A stretch of 64,000 bases of DNA from the human T2T-CHM13v2.0 reference genome, Homo sapiens: NCBI RefSeq assembly GCF_009914755.1, contig NC_060947.1, one strand, 5' to 3'. The first letter of the stretch is position 1; each line of letters opens with the position of its first letter. Shown here in pieces: positions 1 to 14,157 of the stretch. The notes below the pieces were generated by a model that was not told the DNA's origin, ran no database searches, and saw only the letters and a program-made list of their open reading frames with translations. The position numbers and the translations under genes were made by a program.

Positions 1-11
1 TAAATTTAGTT

Positions 12-470
12 TGTGTCAGTTGGAATCCTGGCAAGTAGCAGGATTCAACAAGATTAATCAAATACAATACATTAATGAAAGGACTAATTACAGGGGTGTG
101 GGCTTGATTAAGAAAACCAACAAAGGATGTTGAGGCACTCAGAGACTGGTCTCAGTGGAAAACCATCATCACTCCCAATAGGAGAAAACCTGGAGCTGTG
201 GAGGAAGGCAGAGGAGCTGTAGTCATACAGGAACACAGCCATGCCAGAAATGTGGCACTGATGTATAGAGAAAGCAGGTAAAGAAATACCCCAACCTCTC
301 TTCCACCACTCTTTAATCCCCCATGAATATCTCTATAAGCATAGCACAACCAGAAGTCAAATGGAAAAGGAGCCTTGGGTAATGCAGTCCACAGGGCCCC
401 CTGGAACACAACAGAGCAAAGAGGGACATGAAATATACATAATTGGGGTGCAAATGGAGAAAAAATACAG
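12..470. mobile_element. Ancient LTR fragment (ERVL/MaLR class, family uncertain)
   Basis: Begins tgtgtcagttggaatcctggc...; internal motifs resemble old ERVL/MaLR LTRs; heavily diverged. Confidence 0.4.
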
Positions 471-1213
471 TAAAAAGTCTTTGCATCTTTCTGGATTCTA
501 GCTGGTATATTAGATAATTACTTAAGTATTATAAGTTACCAACTACAGTAAGAATAATAATTGAGCTAAGCTATCATTATACTAATTTTTTTTATTATTT
601 ACAGATTTTTAAAATGTAAGCACCTACTAAATTATTTGGGATAATGTTTTAAAAACTATGTTAGAATTTTCAAAATTTTAATGGGCTCTAGCATTAAAGA
701 TTTTTCCAATGCAGGATATTTTAAAAGGGCTAATGAGCTAGTGTGGTATGAGTCTACACTCAGCAACCACTGCATTTTTAACTTTTTTTTAATGCTCAAA
801 AATAAACAACAAGATCCCTGAGTGCTTTTGTTGGCTGGGCTGTGTATTTTAAAACACTTACTCAGAACACCGCAGTTATTTGAAGGATGTGTCATACAGT
901 CTGCTGCTGGCTTAAGAAACTATGAGATGGGGGACGTTCAGTTGCCTTTTTAAACTTATTTATTTAATTTTAGAAATAAATGTGTAGCAAAAGGAGTTTT
1001 GATTCTATAAGCTGAGAGTCTGTGTACAAATTGCAAACTTTTGAGCTTTAAGTCTCCTCTGTGACTCTAGACTGAGTGGTTGTCTAGGCTGACCCCAACC
1101 AAGGCAAGCAACCTCAGCAGTATGTTTAATACTTCAACCCACTTGGTCCTCAGCTCCAAATGCAAGAGTTTCTGAGCAAGTTAATCTTTTCCTTGTACTA
1201 CTGCTGTTCAGGT

Positions 1214-1700
1214 GCATTCAACATGAATTTATTAAACAACTATAATGTGCCAGGCGTTGTGTTCGATGTTGGGAGACTAAAGATAAGATGTAGAACCAAC
1301 ATAAGAGAAATGGACACATAAACACACTCTCTGATATCATGTGGTATATGTGGTTACAGACGTAGGTATGGGCATTTAGCCTACCTGAGTCATAGGAAAG
1401 CTTCCTGGTGACTAATAGATTTTTGAAGGTTTCTAAATTTCACCTCTAGCGTGGAAATGAAGGTGGGGAAATGAAGGTAGTCTAGGCAGGGAAAACATTA
1501 CAACTAAAAGTAAAGAGGCATGAATCAGCATGATGAGTGCTAGAAACTATACCAAGCATGAATAGCAAAGAAGGGAGTGGTAAGGGATTAGGCTGGGGGA
1601 AATCAACAGAACAGTTGACGTCAAGGGGAGTAGACTTGTTCAAAAGCTTAGACAGTATCTATATGTTATGAGAATTTTTCAAAGAGACTGTCAGCAAATA
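1214..1700 (-). mobile_element. L2 LINE 3' fragment
   Basis: gcattcaacatgaatttattaaacaactataatgtgccaggc is the reverse complement of the L2 3' end. Confidence 0.7.
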
Positions 1701-2399
1701 TAGGGGGAGAGGTTAAGCCTAGGGAAGGGGCAACACTGGAGCTCAGTAGTGTAGGGAGAATGAGTAATAGGCCAGCTATGTGTTGTTTCAGACTTCCAGG
1801 CATCCATAAGGATCAGGGATCAGACATCAGGAACAACTCACCCATGTGATCCATGTAGCTGTCAGAAAATTCATGAGGAGCTCTCGCCCAGAAATCTGAT
1901 TGGCAGTGGGAAAAATCCAAAGTGATACATAAATTAAAAGTTGATTCTCTTTGTCTTTGCAATACTGAAATGAGAAAAAGACAAAACAATTGGCTTACAT
2001 CTCTACAACCCAAGGAGATCAGAGCACTTTGTACCCAAAGGATTGTCAGTACCTTTCTCCTCAGAGGGTCATTTGCACAGCAAATACTCATTTGTCTAGG
2101 GGTAGACATAATTGTCTTCAGTTTTGGGGAGATTTAGGGGTATAACCATCAACAGAAGTTCGTTCATAACTATTCAGGTAGTTCATGGCATTGAGTGTGG
2201 TAATAATTACAATTTCAAGATTACTTCTCTGTTCTCCTTCCAGATGGGAGGGCTCATTAACAGTTCTAGGTAACAGAGGCTTTCTGCTGGAGTTTAGCCA
2301 TAACACCTTGGTTTCAGGTTAAAATATACCATAAGAAATAATTTTGAATCCCAAGCCCAGAGTTTTATTCTCCTCTCCAATCCAGCATAATTACATTTT

Positions 2400-3585
2400 C
2401 ATTTTGGTAGGCAAAAGATATTCTTATCAATAAATGGTGTTGGGTCAATTGGAAAATCACGTGGAAAGAAAGATGTATCTTAACCTCTACTTTATACCAT
2501 AACCAAAAATTAATTCCAGATAAATTGTGGACCTCAATGTAAAAGAGAAAACAATAAAACTTCTGGAAGATAGTGGAGGAGAAGAGCTTCATTACCTTGG
2601 AAAAGATTTCTAAATAGGACACAAAAAGTGCCAACCATAAAGGAGAAGATCAATAAATTGGACCATATTGATCAATAAATTGGGCTATTTTAAGAATTTA
2701 TATTCTTAAAGAACACCAATAAGAGAGTGAATGGGCAAGCCACAAAACTCAGATCTAGAATATTATAAGGAAAATTCAGATACCGCAATGGAAAAATGAG
2801 CAAAATATTTGAATAGGAATCCCACAAAAGAGTATAATCAAATGGCCATTAATTATCTAAAATGGTATTAACCTTATTTTTCATTGAGGAAATGGCAAGA
2901 TGACAGTAAGAATGGCCAAATTTTAAAAGACTGACAATACTAAGTGCTGGTGAGAATATGAAGCAACTGGAACTCTCATACTCTGCTGGTGGAAGTGTAA
3001 ATTTGTACAACCACATTGGAAAACTACATGGAAGTATCTACTAACACCAAACATGCACATACCCTATGACCCAGCAATTCCACTCCAATGTATATACTCA
3101 ACAGAGATGCATACTTATGAATCCCAAAATACTTGTACAAGTATGTTCATAACAGCCTCAACCCAGAAGTGGGTTGAGCAGTCTATCAACTACAGAATGG
3201 ATAAATTATATTAAATAAAAAAGTGAAATACAACAACAAAAATTAAGGATCATCTCCTACACACAGTAACTGGATGAATCTCCCATACATACTATCAAAT
3301 GGAAAAATCCAGATACAAAAGCGTACTTTTTCTATGACTCCCTTTGCATACACTTCAGAACTAGGTTGAAACCAATATATAATGGTAGAAAGGATATTGA
3401 GAGGAGAGGTAGTACTAAATGAAAAGGAACGTAAAGTGGGGGAGCTCCTGGGATGTTGGTAATGTTTTATTTCCTAATCTGGATGGCGTTTTCATGGGCA
3501 TATTCACTTTGTGGTAATTCACAAAACTAGATGCTAAGAATGTGTACACTTTTATTTATGTAAGTTTTGCTTTAATAAAAATGCT
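2400..3585 (+). mobile_element. Old L1 (L1ME/L1MD-like) ORF2 end plus 3'UTR
   Basis: L1 motifs aataaatggtgttggg...aaaattaattccaga, ccctatgacccagcaattccactc, ending tttaataaaaatg. Confidence 0.8.
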
Positions 3586-3599
3586 TATTAATTCTTTTT

Positions 3600-3905
3600 T
3601 CATTTTGAAAGGATTACTCTGGCTGTTAGGTGAAGAATGAATAGGGGAACAGGTAGGAGCAGATGCAGGATGACTAGTTAATTGACTATTGGATATTTCA
3701 GGCAAGAAATAATGGTGAATTGGGCTTGGATGGTGGTAGAAAAACAAAGGCCTGAACAGCCATATGTAGGAGAAGAGATTGGTAGGAATTGGTGGTAGAC
3801 TAAAAAGGGAGTAGGAACAAAATCTGTCGAAGAAGGTTACTGGCTTATATAAATGGATGAAACATTTTGGCATTCACTAAAATAAGGAATATGGGAATAT
3901 CGGCA
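3600..3905 (-). mobile_element. L2 fragment (continues at ~21340-21440 beyond the L1 nest)
   Basis: ggattactctggctg...ttcaggcaagaaataatggtg typical of antisense L2. Confidence 0.6.
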
Positions 3906-4195
3906 TAGATTTTTTAATAGCATCTTTATTAAGATATAATTTGCATACTATAAAATTTACCCTTTAAAGTGTACAGTTCAATATTTCACTTGTCATAGCA
4001 TATTTGTAGACATAGAAAACCATTACCACTATCTTATTTGATAACATTTTCATCACCTGAAAAAGAAACCCCATATCCATTAGCAGTCCCTCACCATTGT
4101 GCTTTCCTCCTCAGCCTCTGACAAAAACTAATCTACTTTCTGTCTAATGATTTGCCTATTCTGGCATTTCATATGAATGGAATCATACAATATGT

Positions 4196-4714
4196 CAGTG
4201 GTCCCCAATGTTTTTGGCACCAGGGACCAGCTTCATGAAAGACAATTTTTCCATGGACCATGAGGGAGGTATGGTTTCAGGATGATTCAAGTGCATTACA
4301 TTTATTGTGCACTTTATTTCTACTATTATTACATTGTAATATATAATGAAATAATTATACAACTCACTATAATGTGAATCAGTGGGCCCTAGCTTGTTTT
4401 CCTGCAACTAAACGGTTCCATCTGAGGGTGATGGAAGGCCATGACAGATCGTCAGGCATTACATTCTCATAAAGAGTGTGCAGCCTTGTTTGCATGCACA
4501 GTTCACAGTAGGGTTCATGCTCCTATGAAAATCTAATGCCACTGCTGATCTGACAGGAAGTGGAGCTCAGGTGGTTATGTAAGTGATGGGGAGCAGCTGT
4601 AAATACAGATGAAGCTTTGCTTGCTTGCCCGCCACTCACCTCCTGCTGTGCGGCCCGGTTCCTAACAGGCCACAAACTGGTACTGGTCTGTGGCCCAGGG
4701 GTTAGGGACTCCTG
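4196..4714. mobile_element. MER1A (hAT-Charlie non-autonomous DNA transposon)
   Basis: TIRs cagtggtcccca.../...ggggttagggactcctg; perfect 8-bp TSD caatatgt at 4188-4195 and 4715-4722. Confidence 0.9.
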
Positions 4715-6412
4715 CAATATGTGATCTTTTGTGACTGGCTTCTTTTACTTATCATAATTTTTTCAATATCCACCCATGCTATACCATGTATCAATACTCT
4801 ATTCTTTTTTTATAGCTGAATAATATTCCACAGAATGACTATACCATGTTTTGTTTGCCCATCAGCTGATGGACATTTGAGTTATTTCAACGTTTTGGCC
4901 ATTATGAATAATCCTGCTGGGAACATGCGTGTGCAAATTTTTGTGTGGAAACATGTTTTCTTTTCTCTTGGGTATATACCTAAGAGTGGAATTACTGAGT
5001 TAGGTGGTAACTCTGTGTTTAACATTTTGAGAAGCTATATAACTGTTTTCCAAATTGGCTGTACCATTTTACAGTCCCATCAGCAATGAATGAGTGTTCC
5101 AGTTTCTCTACATCCTTTCCCACACTTGTGTTGCCTGACTTTTTTATTACAACCATTATTGTGGGTGCGAAGTGGTATCTCATTGTAGTTTTAATTTGCA
5201 TTTCCCTAATGACCATTGATACTGAGCATCTTTTCATGAGTTTATTAGACATTTATATATCTTCTTTGGAGAAATGTCTATTCAAATACTTTGCTCATTA
5301 TTTAAAATTGGGTTATTTGTCTTTTTATTGTTTGGTTATAGAAGTTCTTCATTGTAGATACAAGTCACTTAACAAATTTACGTATCTGTGAATGGTCCTT
5401 TTACTTTGTTGATAGTTTCCTTTGAAGAACAACTGTTTTTAATTTTTATGAAGTCCAATTTACCTATTTTTTTCCATGACTGCTTTTGCTTTTAATGTTG
5501 TAGCTAAGACTCCATTGCCAAATCCAAGGTCTAAGAGTTTTATAGTGTTAAGTCTTATGTTTAGGTCTATGATGTATTTTGAGTTAATGTTTGTGTATAG
5601 TATGAGAAAGAGGTCCAAACTTGTGATTTTACATGTGGATATCCAGTTGTTCCAGCACCAATCTTGCACCCCTGAAATCAATCTCACTTGGTTGTGATAT
5701 ATAAACTTTTAAATATATTGTCAGTTTCAACTTGCTAGTAATTTGTCAGGGATGTTTGCATCCATGATCGTAAAAGATATTGGTCTGTAGCTTTATGTTC
5801 TTATTTTTTTTTTGTTTGGTTTTGCTATTAGATTAATACTGGCCTTATATAATGAGTTTGAAAATGTTCTCTCCTCTTCTGTTTTTTGAAACAGTTTGTG
5901 TACAATTTATATTAATTCTTTTTTAAATGTTTGGTAGAATCCAGCAGTGAAGCCATCTGGGCCTAAGCTTTGCTTTGCAAGAATTTTTAGAATTATCAGT
6001 TTAATCTTTTTTCCTTTTATAAGTCCATTAAGATTGTACATTTCTTCTTGAGTCAGGATCAGTGGTTTGTGTATTTCTAGGAATGCGTCCATTTCATCTG
6101 TGCTATCTAATTTGTTTACAAACAGTTTTTCATAGTATTAACTTTTCTTTTTTTTCATTTGTATAAGGTTGGTGTAATATTCCCTTTATTTCCTGATTTT
6201 AGTAATTTGAGTCTTTTCTAGCTAGAAGTTTGTCAATTTTGTTGACTTTTAAAAGAACCAACTTTAGCTTTATTGATATTCTTACTGTTTTTCTACTCTC
6301 TATTTCATTTATTTCTGGTCTAATCTTTATCATTTCCTTTATTCTTCTTGCTTTGGGTTTAGTTAACTCTTTTTCTAGTTTAATACAGTGGAAGTTTAGG
6401 TTACTCACTTGA

Positions 6413-6733
<321 letters not shown>

Positions 6734-7116
6734 TCTTTCTTCTTTTTTAATATAGATGTTTACAACCATAAATTTATTTCTAAAGCATGGCTTAACAACA
6801 TAACAAAACTGTTATATATTGTATTTTTGTTTTTCATTCATTTCAAAGTATTTTTCAGTTTTCCTCATAATTTCTTTTTTGACCCACTTGTTATTTGGAA
6901 GTGTGTTGTTTAATTTTGACATATTTGTGAATTTCCCAAATTTCCTTCTGTTATTCATTTTAAATTTCATAACATTGAGGCTGAAGAACATACTTCGAAT
7001 CATTTTAATCTTTCTAAATTTATTGAGGCTTGTGTGATGGTTTAACGGTGGTCTCTCCTGGAGAATGTTCCATTGAATTTGAAAAAAAAAATACATATTC
7101 TTCTGTTGTCAGGCAG

Positions 7117-9624
7117 TGCTATATGGTCTGAAGCTTTGTGTCCCCTCAAAATGTATATGTTGAAACTTAATACCCAATGCGATAGTATTAAGAGGTAGGG
7201 CCTTTGGGAGGTAATTATGTCATGAGAGCAGAGCCCTCATGAATGGGATTAGTGGCCTTATAAAATATACTTGAGAGAGCCTATTTGTCTCTTGCTCCAT
7301 GTGAGGACAAGGCTAGAAAGTGCCATCTGTGAGTAATGAGCCCTTAACGGATACCATATCTGCCAGCACCTTGACCTTGGACTTCCAAGCCTCCAGAACT
7401 GTGAGTAATAAATTTTTATTGTTTCTAAATTACCCAATCTAAGGTATTTTGTTTTAGCAACCTTAATGGACTAAGACAGAAATTGATACTGAGATAGAGT
7501 GCTGCTGTGACAAATATCTAAAAATGTGGTAGTAGCTTTGAAACTAGGTAATGAGTAGAGGCTGGAAAAGTTTGGTGGTACATGCTGAAAAAAAAAGCTT
7601 CTATTGCCATGAATGGACCATAAAGGGTTATTCTGGTGGGGGCTCAAAAGAAATAGAGAGCTGTAGAGAAAGCCTCAATCCTCTTAGGGATTACCTAAGA
7701 GGTCATGAACAGAATGTTAGTAGAAATATGAGCAGTAAAAGCTATCCTGCTGAAGGCTTAGACAGAAATGAGGAACATGTTACTGAAACTGAAGGAAAGG
7801 CAACTATTGTTATAAAGTAGCAAATAACTTGGCTGAATTATGTCTGTGTCCTAGTGTTTTGTGTAAGGAAGAACTTCTGAGTTGATGAAATAGGATATTT
7901 GGTGGAAGAAATATCTAAGCAAAGTGCTGAGGATGCAGCGTGGTTTCTCTTGACTACTTATAGTAAAATATGAGAAGAGAGATTAAAGACAGAACTTATA
8001 ATCAAAAAGGAAGCAGAACTTAAAGATTTGGAAAATTCTCAGCCTGGCCAAGTTGTAAGGAATAAAAAAGCATGTTCAGAAGAGACCACCAAGAGTGTGG
8101 CCAAGCAACCATTTGATAGGGAGATTAGTATGGATAGAAAAAAGCCATATGCTATTCATCAATACAATGGAAGAATGCTTCTGAAGGTATCTCAGAGAAC
8201 TTCAGGGCTGCTCTACCCACCACAGACCCAGAATGCTAGGGTCTCGGGGGCCGAATGATTTCCAGGCTCTGCTCCCCCAATTCTGGTGTAGTACTCCTGG
8301 GCCACCCCTGCTGTGGTGCAAGTGAGACCAGGTGCAGCTCAAGTCACTCCTCTGGAAGGCACAGGCAGAAAATCATGGTAGCACCTACACAGTGCCATCT
8401 CCATGGATGCACAGAGTATATGAGCTACGGAGGCATGACTACCTCCATCTAGATTTCAAAGGATGCCCCAGAGAGCCTCAGGGCCCAGGCAGAAAACTGC
8501 CACAGAAGCAGGGCCACACAGGGCATCTTTGCTAGGGCAATGCCCAGCAGAACTGTGGAGTTAGAGTCACCACAAAGAGCCCCCATTAGGGCAATGTCCA
8601 CAGGACTCATGCAGGAGGGGCTGCCCCTGAGACTCCAGAACTATAAAGCTACCAGTGTGCAACTCCAGCCTGGGAGAGCTGCAGGCAACCAACTTCAATC
8701 TATAAGAGTTTCTGTGTGGGCTGTGCCCAGCAAAGTGATGGGGGTGGGGCCGACTGGACCCTTGGAGGCCCAACCCTCACCTCACTATGTCTGGAAAGCA
8801 GGACATGGAGTCAAAGAAAATTATTCTCAAGCCTTAAGATTTAATGCATTTTTCCTGTTGTGTTTTAGACTTATTTGGGATCTATTACTCTTTTCTTTTT
8901 TCCTATGTCTCTCTTTTAGAATAGGAATATCTACCCCATGCCTGTCCCATCACTATATTTTGGAAACACTTAACTTGTTTGATTTCACAGGCTCAAAGTT
9001 GGAAGGGAATTTGCCTCAGGATATGTCCCACCTTAAGTCTCATTCATTTCAGATTTAGATCATATTTAGATGAGACTTTGGACTTCAGGCTTTTGAGTTG
9101 ATGCTGGAAATATGTCATCTCATCCTAGTTAGAATGACAATTATCAAAAAAAACAAAAAATAAGAAATGCTGGTGAAGATGTGGACTTTGAGGCTAATAG
9201 AATGAATGTATTTTGCATGTGAGAAGTACAAAAATTGCGGGGTGCCAGGAGCAGAATGCTATGGTCTAAAGCTTTGTGTTCCCCCAAAATTCATATGTTA
9301 AAACCTAATACCCAATGTGATAGTATTAAGATGTGGGGCCTTTGGGATGTGATTAGGTCATGAAGGCAGAGCTCTTATGAATGGGATTAGTGCCCTTATA
9401 AAAGAAGCTTGAGGTAGCCCCTTTACCCCTACAGCTATGTGAGGATGCATCTAGAAGGCACCATCTAGGGGTAACAGGCCCTCACCTAACACCAAATCTG
9501 CCAGCACCTTGATCTTTGACTTTTAAGCTTCCAAATTTGTGAGCAATAAATTTTTACTGTTTCTAAAATACCCATTCTAAAGTATTAAAGTATTTTCTTA
9601 TAGTAGCCCAAACAAGCTAAGACA
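7117..9624 (+). mobile_element. Two-LTR MaLR element (MLT1A/MSTD-type LTRs 7117-7478 and 9257-9624, with internal region)
   Basis: Two direct-repeat LTRs tgct..atggtct...ctaagaca; internal region starts gaaattgatactgagatagagtgctgctg; the ORFs at 7551-9058 are decayed MaLR-int. Confidence 0.88.
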
Positions 9625-9778
9625 AGAAGGACATTCTATAAATGTCTGTCAGGTCTGGTTGGTTTATAGTGTTATTCAAGTTTTCTATTTCCTTGTTGAT
9701 CTTCTGTCTAGTTATTCTATCCATTATTGAAAGTGTGGTATTGGAGTCTCAACTATTACTTTTAAATTGTCTATTTCT

Positions 9779-9994
9779 GGCCAGGCACAGTGGCTTATGC
9801 CTGTAATCCCAGAACTTTGGGAGGCCAAGGCAGGTGGATCGCTTGAATTCAGGAGTTAGAGACCAGCCTGATTAACATGGTGAAACCCTGTCTCTACTAA
9901 ACTTGGGAGGCAAAGGTTTCAGTGAGTCAAGATTGCACCACTGCACTCCAGCCTGAGTGATGGAGTGAGACTCTATCTCAACAACAACAACAAC
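9779..9994 (+). mobile_element. AluJ-like element with internal deletion and (CAA)n tail
   Basis: Left arm to tctctactaa joined directly to acttgggaggc of the right arm; TSD aaatt(g/a)tctatttct at 9764-9778 and 9995-10009. Confidence 0.9.
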
Positions 9995-10133
9995 AAATTA
10001 TCTATTTCTCCCTCCAATTATGTTAATTTTTGCTTAGTGTATTTTGAGCTCTATTGTTAGTTGCATGCATGTTTATGATTGTTATGTCTTCCTGATATAG
10101 TCACACTTTTATCTTTATAAAATGTCCTTCTTT

Positions 10134-11261
10134 ATACAAATGGCCAACAGGTATATGAAAAAATGCTCAACACCACTAATCATCAGGGAAATACAAATTA
10201 AAACCTCAATGAGGCATCATCTCATCCCAGTTAGAATGGCTATTATAAAAAAGGCAAAAAGTAACTAATGCTGGTGAAGATGTGGAGAAGGGGGAACTCT
10301 TATACACTGTTAATGAGAATGAAAATTAGTGCAGTAATATAGAAATCAGTATGGAAATCCCTAAAGAAACTGAAAATAAAACTACCTTATGATGCAGCAA
10401 TGCCACTTCTGGTTGTATATCCAAAGGAAAGGAAATTAGTATGTCAAAAAGATATCTACACTCCCATGTTTATTGTAACACTATTCACAATAGCCAAGAT
10501 ATGAAACAACCTAAGTGTCCATCAACTGATAAATGGATAAAGAAAAATGTGGTGTATATACACAAAAAAATATTTAGCCATATAACAGAACAAAATTCTG
10601 CAATTTGTGGCAACATGCGTGAGCTTACAGGACATTATGTTAAGTAAAATAAGCCTGGCACAGAAAGATAAATACCACATGTTCTCACTCACATGTGGAA
10701 GCTAAAAATGTTGATTTCATAGAAGTAGAGAGTACTATAGTGGTTACTAGAGGCAGGAAAATGTGGCGGGTCAGGGAGGGGATAGCCAAAGGTTGGTTAA
10801 TCGATACAGAATTTCATCTAGTTAAGAGGAATAAGTTCTAGGGTTCTATAGCAATATAGAGTGACTATAATGAACAATTTATTGTATATTTTCAAACAGC
10901 TAGAAGAGTGGATTTGAAATGTTCCCAACACAAAGAAATAATAGGTGTTTGAGGTGATGGATATGCTAATTACTCTGATTTGATCATTTCATATTATATA
11001 CATGTATTAAAATATCATACTTTACCCCATAAATATGTATAATTATTATGTGTTAATTAACAATAGTTCTAAAAGCAAAAATAGATTTGTTTATAAAGAT
11101 GTCCTACATTTGCAATGAATCACAGAAATAATAACTAAATTTGTCTTCTATTTTATTGATTTTTTTGAGTGGCCAATGCTGATATTATTTGAAGTCATTT
11201 TAAACTTGTATATTTTCTCTGAACAATACTAAATCAAATAAAGTTACTGAGAGTGTTCCAA
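10134..11261 (+). mobile_element. 5'-truncated L1MA (L1MA6-8-like) with ~200-bp 3' extension
   Basis: ORF2 C-terminus and 3'UTR motifs; TSD aaaatgtccttcttt (10119-10133) / aaattgtcctccttt (11262-11276). Confidence 0.85.
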
Positions 11262-12675
11262 AAATTGTCCTCCTTTGTTGGTAGAAAAACTTTTGTCTTC
11301 AAGTCTATTTTGTTGGATATTAATACGACCACTTCAGGTCTCTTTTAGCTACCATTTTCACAGTGTATCTTTTTCCATCCTCTTACTTTCCTCTATTGGT
11401 GGCTTTTAATCTAGTGTGTCCTTTATGGACAGCATGTGGTTGGATCATGATTCTTTACTATACTTCCAGTTTGTGCCTTTGGCTTGGAATGTTTAAACTG
11501 TATACATTTTATATAATTACTGATAAAATAGGAAGTACTTTTTTGCTTTTTAAAAAAAATAAAATAATAATGGAAGCAATTTAGTATATATATACTTTAG
11601 AATTTCTGTTTGGTTCTTTTGTTATAATTTCTATCCCTTTTATTCGTATTCTCTATTTCATTAAATATCATTCTCACGCATTCCTGCTTTTTTGTATGTC
11701 TCATAATTTTTTGTTGAAAACTGGACATTTTAAATAATATAATGTTGAATCTCTGGCAATCAGATCCTTCCCTCCTCAAAGTGTGTTGTTGTTTTCACTG
11801 TTGGTTTAATGACTCTCCTGGATCAATTCTATAAAGTCTGTATTCTTTGTTGTGTACTGTGACTAAAGTTTCTGCTCATTTAGCTTAGCAGTCAGCTAAT
11901 GTTTGAATGGAGATTTCCTTAAATACTTTGAATCACAAATCTTCCACACTTTGCCAAAGGGCTCTGAGTGAGTGTTGAGGAACACTTTCAATGCCTCAGC
12001 AGTTTGAAACTTTACCTGATCCTTAATTTCCTGCTTTCAGAGAGCATTAGTTTTAGCCAGAGGTGACAAATTAGGGCCTTGAAGTATTTCCTGGGCTTGC
12101 CCCTTCCAGTTGCTGCTAGATTGCTGGTTTTCACAGCTACTGTGATTTTGAGGGTGCTGGTTTTCAAAGACTGCTGCAGAACTGGAGCAGTGGGGATGAA
12201 AATAAGGCAAGTTACAATACCACAGAGCTTACCATTCTTACTGGGACTCAGCCAATTTTCTTTTTAAAAATTTTTTTAATTTTTAATTTTTGACGATACA
12301 TACTAGGTATATCTACTTATGGGGCACATGAGATGTTTTGATACAGGCATGCAATGTGAAATAATCACAACATGAAGAATGGGGTATCCTTCCCCTCAAG
12401 CATTTATCCTTTGTGTTACAAACAATCCAATTAAACTCTTTTAGTTATTTTAAAATGTACAATTAAGTTATTATTGACTGTAGTCACCCTGTTGTGCTAT
12501 CAAATACTAGGTCTTATTCATTCTTTCTATTTTTGTTGTAGCCATTAACCATCACACCTTCCCCCCACCAGCTCCACTGTCCTTCCCAGCCTGTGGTAAC
12601 CATCCTTCTATTCTCTATGTCCGTAAGTTCAATTGCTTTGATTTTTAGATCCCAGAAATAGGTGAAAATGTGTGA

Positions 12676-13092
<417 letters not shown>

Positions 13093-13445
13093 TGAATAGT
13101 ACTCCTTTGTGTATATGTATCACATTTTTTCTATCCATTCATCTGTTGATGGACACTTAGGTTGCTTCCAAATCTTGGGATGGTGAACAGTGCTGCAATA
13201 AACATGAGAGTGCAGATGTTTCTTCAATATACAGATTTCCTTTATTTTGGGTATATTCCCAGCAGCGGGATATCTGGATCATATATGTTAGCTCTATTTC
13301 TAGTTTCTGAGGAACTTCAAACTGTTCTCCATACTGGTTGTACTAATTTACATTCCCACCAACAGTGTACTAGGGTTCCCTTTTCTCCACATTCTCACCA
13401 GCATTTATTATTGCCTGACTTTTGAATATAAGCCATTTTAACTGG

Positions 13446-14157
13446 TGTATTATATTAGTCCGTTCTGATCCTGCTAGTAAAGACATACTCAAGACTGAGT
13501 AATTTATAAAGGAAAGAGGTTTAATTGACTTACAGTTCAGCATGGCTGGGGAGGCCTCACAATCATGGCAGAAGGCAAAGGAGGAGCAAAGGTACATCTT
13601 ACATGGTGGCAGGCAAGAGAGCATGTGCAGGGGAACTGCCCTTTATAAAACCATCAGATCTCATGAGACTTATTTACTATCACAAGAACAACATGGGAGA
13701 AACCTGCCCCATGATTCAATTACCTCCCACTGGGTCCTTCCCATGACACAGGTATCTTTACAGCAGCACTTCACTCTTGGTAACAATGTGCTATATTAGT
13801 CTGTTCTCATGCTGCTAATAAAGACTTACCCAAGACTAGGTAACTTATAAAGGAAAGAGATTTAATTGATTCACGGTTCAGCATGGCTGGGGAGGCCTCA
13901 CAATCATGGCAGAAGACAAAGGAGGAGCAAAGGCACATCTTACATGGCAACAGGCCAGAGAGCATGTGCAGGGGGAACTGCCCTTCATAAAAAACCATCA
14001 GATCTTGTGAGACTTATTCACTATCATGATAACGGCACAGGAAAACCTGCCTCCATGATTCAGTTACCTCCCATCAGGTCTCTCCCACAACACATGTGGA
14101 TTATGGGAGCTACAATTCAAGATGAGATTTGGGTGGGGGCACAGCCAAACCATATCA
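13446..14157 (-). mobile_element. THE1 (THE1C-like) MaLR: two LTRs separated by only ~40 bp of internal sequence
   Basis: Two tandem LTRs (tatattagtc...), the second ending caaaccatatca; spacer ggtatctttacagcagcacttcactcttggtaacaat matches the THE1-int 5' end in antisense. Confidence 0.88.

Noticed and set aside
2648-2690. Small tandem duplication gatcaataaattgg x2 (similar ones at ~1453-1480 and ~40658-40690)
   Set aside because: Ordinary slippage-type micro-duplications inside old repeats
8028-9058. ORFs up to 172 aa
   Set aside because: Decayed MaLR internal sequence with no coherent long frame
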